A DNA stretch of 64,000 nucleotides, from assembly GCF_009914755.1 (NCBI RefSeq), contig NC_060931.1; one strand, written 5' to 3'. Positions 55,401 through 64,000 of this stretch are shown piece after piece. This DNA is from the human T2T-CHM13v2.0 reference genome, Homo sapiens. The notes below the pieces were generated by a model. The model was given only the letters and a program-made list of their open reading frames with translations. It made no database searches and was not told the DNA's origin. Numbering within the stretch: position 1 is the first letter of the stretch; each line of letters opens with the position of its first letter. A program made the position numbers and the translations under genes.

Positions 55401-58400
55401 AACAATAGAAAAGGAGGGAATCCTCCCTAACTCATTTTATGAGGCCAGCATCGCCCTGATACCAAAACCTGGCAGAGACACAACAAAAAAAGAACATTTC
55501 AGGCCAATATCCTTGATGAACATCGATGCGAATATCCTCAATAAAATACTGGCAAACCAAATCCAGCAGCACATCAAAAAGCTTATCCACCACGATCAAG
55601 TTGGCTTCATCCCTGGGATGCAAGGCTGGTTCAACATACGCAAATCAATAAACATAACCCATCACATGAACAGAACCATCAACAAAAACCACATGATTAT
55701 CTCAATAGATGCAGAAAAGGCCTTCAACAACATTCAACACCCCTTCATGCTAAAAACTCTCAATAAACTAGGTATTGATTGAATGTATCTCAATATAAGA
55801 AGAGCTATTTATGAAAACCCACAGCCAATATCACACTGAATGGGCAAAAACTGGAAGCATTCCCTTTGAAAACCAGCACAAGTCGAGGATGCCCTCTCTC
55901 ACCACTCCTATTCAACACAGGAGTTGTGAACAGGGCACATTGGAAGTTCTTGCCAGGGTAATCAGGTAAGAGAAAGAAATAAAGGGTATTCATATAGGAA
56001 GAGAGGAAGTCAAATTGTCTTTGATTTCAGATGACATGATTGAATATTTAGAAAACCCTATGGTCTCAGCCCCAAATCTCCTTAAGCTGATAAGCAATTT
56101 CAGCAAAGTCTCAGGACACAAAATCAATGTGCAAAAATCACAAGCATTCCTATACACCAATAACAGACAAACAGAGAGCCAAATCATGAGTGAACTCCCA
56201 TTCACAATTGCAACAAAGAGAATAAAATACCTAGAAATACAACTTACAAGGGATGTGAAGGACCTCTTCAAGGAGAACTACAAACCACTGCTCAAGGAAA
56301 TAAGAGAGGACACAAACAAATGGAAAAACATTCCATGCTCATAGATAGAAAGAATCAATATCATGAAAATGGCCATACTCCCCAAAGTAATTTACAGATT
56401 CAATGCTATCCCCATCAAACTACCACTGACTTTCTTCACAGAATTAGAAAAAACTACTTTAAATTTCATATGGAACCAAAAAAGAGACCCTATAGCCAAG
56501 ACAATCCTAAGCAAAAAGAACAAAGCTGGAGGCATCACACTACCTGACTTCAAGCTGTACTACAAGTCTACAGTAACCAAAACAGCATGGTACTGGTACC
56601 AAAACAGATATATAGACCAATGGAACAGAACAGAGCCCTCAGAAATAACACTACACATCTGCAACCATCTGCTCTTTGACAAACCTGACAAAAGCAAGCA
56701 ATCGGGAAAGGATTCCCTATTTAATAAATGGTGTTGGGAAAACTGGCCAGCCATATGCAGAAAACTGAAACTAGACCCCTTCCTTACACCTTATATAAAA
56801 ATTAACACAAGATGGATTAAAGACTTAAACCTAAGACCTACAACCATAAAAACCCCAGAAGAAAACCTAGGCAATACCATTCAGGACACAGGCATGGCAA
56901 ATACTTTATGACTAAAACACCAAAAGCAATGGCAAAAAAAGCCAAAATTGACAAATGGGATCTGATTAAACTAAAGAGCTTCTTCACAGCAAAAGAAACT
57001 ATCATCAAACAGGAAACCTACAGAATGGGAGAAAATTTTTGCAATCTATCCATCTGACAAAGGGCTAATATCCAGAACCTACAAAGAAGTTAAACAAATG
57101 TACAAGAAAAAAAAAAAACCCCATCAAAAAGTGGGTGAAGGCTATTTACAGACACTTCTCCAAAGAAGACATTTATGTGGCCAACAAACATACGAAAAAA
57201 AGCTCATCATCACTGGTCATTAGAGAAATGCAAATCAAAACCACAATGAGATACCATCGCATGTCTGTTAGAATGGTGATCATTAAAAAGTCAGGAAACA
57301 ACAGATGCTGGAGGGGATGTGGAGAAATAGGAAAGCTTTTACACTGTTGGTGGGAGTGTAAATTAGTTCAGCCATTGTGGAAGACAGTGTGGTGATTCCT
57401 CAAGGATCCAAAACTAGAAATCCCATTTGACCCAGCAATCCCATTACTGGGTATATATCCAAAGGATTATAAATTATTATACTATAAAGACACATGCACA
57501 CGTATGTTTACTGTAGCACTATTCACAATAGCAAAGACTTGGAACCAACCCAAATGCCCATCAATGATAGACTGAATTAAGAAAATGTAGCACATATACA
57601 CCATGGAATACTATGCAGCCATAAAAAAGGATGAGTTCATGTCGTTTGCAGGGACATGGATGAAGCTGGAAACCATCATTCTCAGCAAAGTAACACAGGA
57701 ACAGAAAACCAAACACCACACTTTCTCACTCATAAGTGGGAGTTGAACAATGACAACACATGGACACAGGGAAGGGAAAATCACTCAGTGGGGCCTGTTG
57801 GGATGTGTGGGGATAGAGGAGGGATAGCATTAGAAGAATTACCTAATGTAGATGACAGATTGATGGGTGCAGCAAACCACTATGGCCCATGTATACCTAT
57901 GTAATAAACCTGCATGTTCTGCATATGTTCCCCAGAACTTAAAGTATAATAAAAAAAGATATTTTTGAAGAGTAAGTAAAGATATAATGATCATTATCTA
58001 TGTTAAGCTATTAAATAGGATATAAAATTATATATATAATCATTTCATTCTAAAAGAAAATAAATATATGCATGAAGGTTACCTCAAGAAAATATGACAA
58101 AACATTTCAATTATTTAAAGTGATAGAATTAAGCAATATTTTTTGTTCTTGCTAAGTTTCTAATTTCCCAAATTTCAGGAATGAAATTGCCTTGCTTAAA
58201 AAAACAGAAAAAACAATCCGTATGCATTTTTTTTTTTTTAGAGCTTAGAATATTGCTTTCAAGTGCTTCCAGCATGTTCAGGGCGGCCTTTCATAAGTAT
58301 TACTAGTACACAATAAAAAGTTCTTATTTTTTGTGAAAAAAGGCATAATTTGTTGGCTTGATTTGTATGTCTGCCTGGATCTGAAAGTTGTAGAATTTAT

Positions 58401-58571
58401 AAAATAATTTAATCATTCACACTTTGGACCATTTTAGACCACATTCCAACTTGTCTGCATTTTCTGAATCATCAAAAGTTTGTGTGGATCTTGTTTGGAT
58501 CCTGATTCAGTTAAAACAACCAGAGAATGATATTGTTGAGACCATTATGGAATATGTCCTGTACTGGCTAG

Positions 58572-58932
<361 letters not shown>

Positions 58933-59829
58933 TGTAGTGTTTTTTTTGTTTTGTTTTTTGTTTTAAGGGTCACCTCTGAAAAATTTACAGATGACATGAT
59001 GTGATGTAAGGTGGAAGATCAAAAAAATTGGCAGAATATTGGTGATTGGTACATCAGTATGTGGAGGTCATTCTATCACTTGCTTGACTTCTGTGCATGA
59101 TTAAATTTTTTCTGTAACAAAAACAATTAAAAATAAATCTGAAAACAGAGTTTCACTGGGTTTGGGTGTCAGACAATCTGGTGCATTGAAAGTAAACAAA
59201 AAGACAAGGGGCCTGCCCAGAGGGAAGAACTGGGGAGGGAGGTAGGAAACCAGTGAGAGCACATCACCTGTCTGCCCATCATGTATCCTCTCAGCCCTGT
59301 GCCAATTTCCCCCAAGGCCCATAGGAAGTTTACTGCTTAGAATCCCCAGTGAGCTGCCTCAAATTTGGGATTAGGAAGAACAATGTTTCCCCATTAGTGT
59401 GGAAAGTAATTTCTATTCTTTGTGTGTGGCATTTTCCCCTGTCATTGCAAGCACCTCTGCTTTAGGCCTTGGTCCCTGGAATTGCAACTTTATTTACCTG
59501 TAAAGCAAGGAGATGAGCCAATAGAAATGAATTATGCCTATCATTACTGAGAAGTCAGCAAAATCTAGAGGAGCCTCGAAAAAGGAGACCGTCTATCTAC
59601 AGTTCAGCTATATGGGTCAGCAGGCATTTGAAATCCAACACATAGACGAAGAAAATCATAAAGGCTGAACTTAGGGGAAGAGTGAGGAATCTGTCTAATG
59701 GATGCAGTCTTCTTTGTTACCGTAAGGTTAGACTCCCTATGGTTGCTTATTTTCAGGTTTATTTGTTTTGAAAAAGACTGATGAGAGTTAATAAGTTAAA
59801 ATACATAAAGTAGGTACAATTAGGTTTTT

Positions 59830-60458
59830 AAAGTTCTTTGCAAAGTCAACAAAACAGGCAAACTACTCAAAAGAAATAAAAGGAGAAAGCACAATTACAC
59901 AAAGTAAGAAATGACAAAAGGGAAATTTCTGTTGAAACAAAGGAAATCTTTAACACCTAAAAGATTATTTTAAACAATTCTATGGCAATAAATAGAAAAC
60001 CTAGATGAAATGGATAATTTTCTAGGAAAATATAATTTCTCAAAATTGAATGGAGTAAAGGTCAAAGAGAAAACATTATAGAGAAAATTACGAAGGAGCT
60101 ACAACTCCCCCAAAGCACCAGGCTCATATGATTTCACAGAGATTCTACCCAACCTCCAGAAAGCATATACACCCAATGCTGTTTGAATTTTTCCGGAGCA
60201 GAGGTAAAGAAGGATAACTTCCAATACTTTTAATCAAATGAATAAAGCATCAATAGCTAAACTCAATAAATATTGCTTTAAAAAGTACATGTGGAAATTT
60301 AATATTTGATAAAGATGACATGTCAAGCCACTTAGGAAAATAGCCGTGTTCAGAACAAGTACCGAAACAACTGATAAACGATTTGGAAAAACTTAAAATA
60401 GAATCCATACTTTACACTATACACTAAGATAAACTCCAAATAGATCAGCAACCTAACT

Positions 60459-60497
<39 letters not shown>

Positions 60498-63400
60498 GAA
60501 ACCATGCAGTATTTGAAGAAAACATAGATGAATTCATCTATTAACTGGGAATGGGGAAAATATAAAAATAATATTATTAAATCAAATATATTAAAATAAA
60601 AATATTTTACATAGCAAAAAACATCATAATCAAATTGAAAAGAAAAAGGTTCAACTGGGAGTAAATACTTGCTATTTACACTACAAAAAAATGACTATTC
60701 TCCCCAACAATATAAAGAGCTCTTAAAAATCTAGAGGAAGACTGGAAGCCTATGAAAATGTTGAGCAAAAGACCTGAATGAATACTTCTGACAAAAATAA
60801 ATGTAAATAGCAATTAAATGAACCAAAGATCCACAAACTTCATTCAGGTGGGAAATATAAATAAAACTTCACTGATAAAACATTTCTCAGATTGGCAAAG
60901 AATTCAAAAGTTTGGCAATATACTCTGTTGTTGAGGGAATAGAGAGGGATACATGCGGTTCGGAGTGGAAAACTCCATATGAAGATTAATTTGGCAAAAT
61001 CTAATAAAATTATGTGAGAATTTAACCTTCAACTCAGCAATTCCACTTTTAGACTCTATTCGGTAGATATAACTCCAGAAAGACAAAATAACATATGCAC
61101 AATGTTATTCATTGTGGTACTTTTTGTAATATCAAAAGATTCTAAACAACTCAAACGTCTACTAATATAGAACTGGTTGAATATAGTTATTTCCACACAA
61201 TGGTGTACTCCCTAGCTGTAGAAAAAAAAAAAGAAAAAAATCTCTATGTACTAATATGGAGTATTTGGCTGAAAACAGCAAGATGCAGAATGATGTATGT
61301 AAGTATGCTTCTTCTGTGTTACAAAGGAAGCAAAAAATGATAGGTGGATAACAGATAAATAGTAGAGAGCAAGATTTGCTGATTTGCTTATTATTTTCCA
61401 AATGAAACACTAGAAAAATAAATCAGAAGCTAACAAAAGAGGCTGTCTTATGTGAGAAAGAGAGTGGGAGGAATAAGGATGGAAACAGTACTTCTCTGGG
61501 GATTCTTTTGTATATGGTTTTGAACCACACAAACGTGTCCATGTGCTAGAAGACCTCACTTAAAGCTCCATGATGTGCTGCCATGACATCTGATAAGATC
61601 AGGAGGGCCTTGCACCGTAAGTTCCCCTCCTGACTCTGCTTCTGCAGATAAGTTCCTCTAGCCAAGCAACCCTTCTTATGAAAGAGACAGACACAGTTCC
61701 TGCTTATTCCTGAGCAGAGGGTTTTGGTTCCCCACCAGTCCACAGAATTATTCAAACACACATCTTCCTATGGGAACCCGGGGCACTTTGCCCCCTTGGT
61801 ACTACAAAGCCTGCCTCCCACAGCTCCTGGCTGTTCACTCTATTCCTGAGTACTATCCCTGTGTGACCCTCCCTGTGTGGCCCTGCATGGTGTGCTGTGG
61901 ACTGCTCCCCCAGGCCATGAGTATACATCACTAATAAACTGCTGCCAATCTCCTTTGCCCAGGGTCAGATCATGTGTGATCAGCCACCCCCATAACCCTA
62001 CGGTGGGAGTCTGTCCCTCACCAGTGGGGTGAATAGGAGATGATTAAAGCATTTACATATTAAAAGCAAAATAAAACTTTAAAATAGCCAAACTATCAAA
62101 CTGAAAACAAACTAAAAAAAGGAACCTGAGAGTGTAACAAATTGGTAAGGTAAAGAATTACTTCAGTTCAGTTGACTTTTCACTGTTCATTTTAGTGGAA
62201 TATGTTCCAAGATTTAATGGTATTAGCACTATAATTTTGAATTAACTTATGTATTTGTAGGATAGAGAAAGCTAGGAAACATATTATTAAGGTCCAAGAT
62301 TTTCAGTGGGAATGAAGAGATACAAAGAAGTTTAGAAAAAATGTGATATTAAATTTTAATTAGAAATATCGATGAAAATTCATGATTTTCAAAACGACAT
62401 ATACTATATATATAGTGTCTCTGTCCATTGAAAGGGTTTCAAGCAATGTCATTCTGGTAGTAATAAGCACTGATAGTCCAATTATCTTGATTTTCATATA
62501 CTATTCTCCAGTTACAGGAACCAAGGCTTCTTAGAGAAATGGCTAGAGTAAGTACAAGTACAGAACATTGTATTGTTCCAGAAAGCACAGAAGTCCTCAA
62601 TTGTCACACGCATGCCAACTGAGAGGAGGTATCACTGGTAATATCTGGAATAATTTAAAGATCAAAAGAATAATGACTGTAATTCATCGAACACATTAAA
62701 TAAATAAAAGTCCATGGTTATACTCCAAAGGGGGGTGGGGAAACTAATTTGCTACCATTAAAGGTGACATATCATCCCCTTATTCAGAAAGTTAGTTATT
62801 AAAGAGTAACTAAAATTTATCCTCCATTTTCAGGAGACATTACAGTTTGTCCTCAGTTGATGAGGTGGAAGTTTTAAAACAATTTTTTTTTCTAACAGAG
62901 AAGAATGCTAGATAATGAGTGTAGGAGGAATGAGAGAATTAGAAAATTACCCATATTGCAATCTCCAGTAAGCTAATTTATTGAGGCAAGGATTAACGAT
63001 AAATACTAAAACCAGTAAGTAAAACGTTGGTAGGAAACAGGACATTTGCTCTGTGCCAGGTGACCTGGCAATGGCAAAGGGAAAACATAATTTCTATAGT
63101 GGAAAGATCTGACTGTTATCCCCTTCACCTAGTGATCAAATTAGCATCTCTAATATTGAAGCAATGAGACACGTGCCTGCTAATATGATGCAATGTGAGC
63201 TATGTAGCATCATCTATGTAGTATCGTTACCCAAAGTATTTAACCTAAATCAGTTGTCTAGCATTTTAAAATTGCTATGTCATTTAAAAAAAAGTGCTAG
63301 GTCAGAAAAAAAATCAATGCATGACTTTATCTTACTTGGAAGAAACTAGTAGAGATGATATTTTTGGGACAATAGACAAAATTTAATTATGCATCAGGTA

Positions 63401-63680
63401 TTTGATAGAAAATTATTAAATTTAGGTGCAGTAACGGTATTATGGCAAAAGGGAATTTTCTTATTTTTAGAAGATACAGGCTCAATTATTTATGATAAAA
63501 GGATCATGATATTTGCAAATTATTTTGAGATGGTTCAGCAAATGTTAGATGACAGAGCAAATATAGCAAAATGGTAATAATTTTAAAAATGTGGGTGGTG
63601 GGTATGTAACATTGATTCACTATTCTTTCAACTTTTCTGTGTAAATGAAGATTTTTATAATAAAAATTAGAAAAGATATT
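59830..63680 (+). mobile_element. Old L1M ORF2 and 3'UTR fragments, with a poly(A) run at 60461-60495
   Basis: ORF2-like text (aacctagatgaaatggataattttctaggaaaata, aactcagcaattccactttta) followed by L1MC/ME 3'UTR motifs. Confidence 0.8.
61544..62051 (+). mobile_element. Solo LTR (ERVL-type, family uncertain) inserted in L1M
   Basis: GC-richer block with TG...CA ends and AATAAA at ~61933 that interrupts AT-rich L1. Confidence 0.6.
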
Positions 63681-64000
63681 TGAGATATTTGTCATTTTAC
63701 ATCATCTACTTTAATTTAAACACAACAGAGTCCCTTTAACTTCCGAGTAAGACTTGGTGTAGTTTGCAGCTGACCTGTGTTCCCACTGAGAAAAACTAAA
63801 TGAACTGGGTAAAATTCAAAAATCCTCTGTTTAAAGATTGCTGATGCAATAGGGATGAGAGGGCACAGGACTCCAGAACAAGGATAACGGTGGCAAAGTG
63901 TGCTGACTCTGCAGGCTTTTGTCCTTGGGGGTATGTGCCAAATCTGGGCTCAGGACAAGAAGCTGAGCACCTAGACTTTGAGCACAGGGCCACTGATGGG

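Larger units (their letters stand above)
50734..57952 (+). mobile_element. Near full-length L1PA7/8-like LINE-1, inactive, with a foreign insert in the 5'UTR and an ORF1/ORF2 deletion
   Basis: 5'UTR start ggccggcaatatggccaaataggaacagctcc. ORF1 fragment at 53512-54090. ORF2 fragments at 54110-54916, 55513-55782, 56015-56344, 56363-56911 and 57135-57395. 3'UTR and AATAAA present. TSD aaaaa(t/a)gatatttttg at 50718-50733 and 57952-57967, at a TT|AAAA site. Confidence 0.96.

Noticed and set aside
53512-57395. Long plus-strand ORFs (192, 268, 182 aa) as genes
   Set aside because: They are fragments of L1 ORF1p/ORF2p broken by stops, frameshifts and a deletion.
60461-60495. 35-nt poly(A) as a retrocopy tail
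   Set aside because: It sits inside continuous L1M ORF2 sequence with no body or clear TSD, so it is likely an expanded A-run.

Overview
This is primate (human-like) AT-rich, CpG-depleted genomic DNA made mostly of interspersed repeats: L1PA and old L1M, L2, MIR, Alu, MER5, and ERV1/ERVL/MaLR LTRs. I see no host protein-coding gene, RNA gene or CpG island. Every long ORF is a decayed L1 frame, an antisense repeat frame or a chance ORF. The main elements are a 3'-truncated L1PA (1-1152), an 11-kb nested ERV1 block (LTR8, MER4-type internal, MER41B provirus, MER4A; 10214-21182, minus strand) and a near full-length L1PA7/8-like element with TSDs (50734-57952). The most unusual structure is a ~1.23-kb complex insertion in that L1's 5'UTR. 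It was copied from DNA 4-7 kb upstream as one direct and two inverted pieces, and it is flanked by a ~54-bp direct repeat. Several smaller locally templated rearrangements occur at 6.2, 29.7-31.0 and 49.7 kb. A largely repeat-free island at 21.7-23.8 kb carries a tandem pair of perfect ISRE motifs plus PU.1/AP-1/E-box sites, and lies next to a MER41B LTR that retains one GAS site. It is a candidate interferon-responsive element. Repeat family names come from my recall of consensus sequences, not from a database search. Boundaries of old repeats are approximate.
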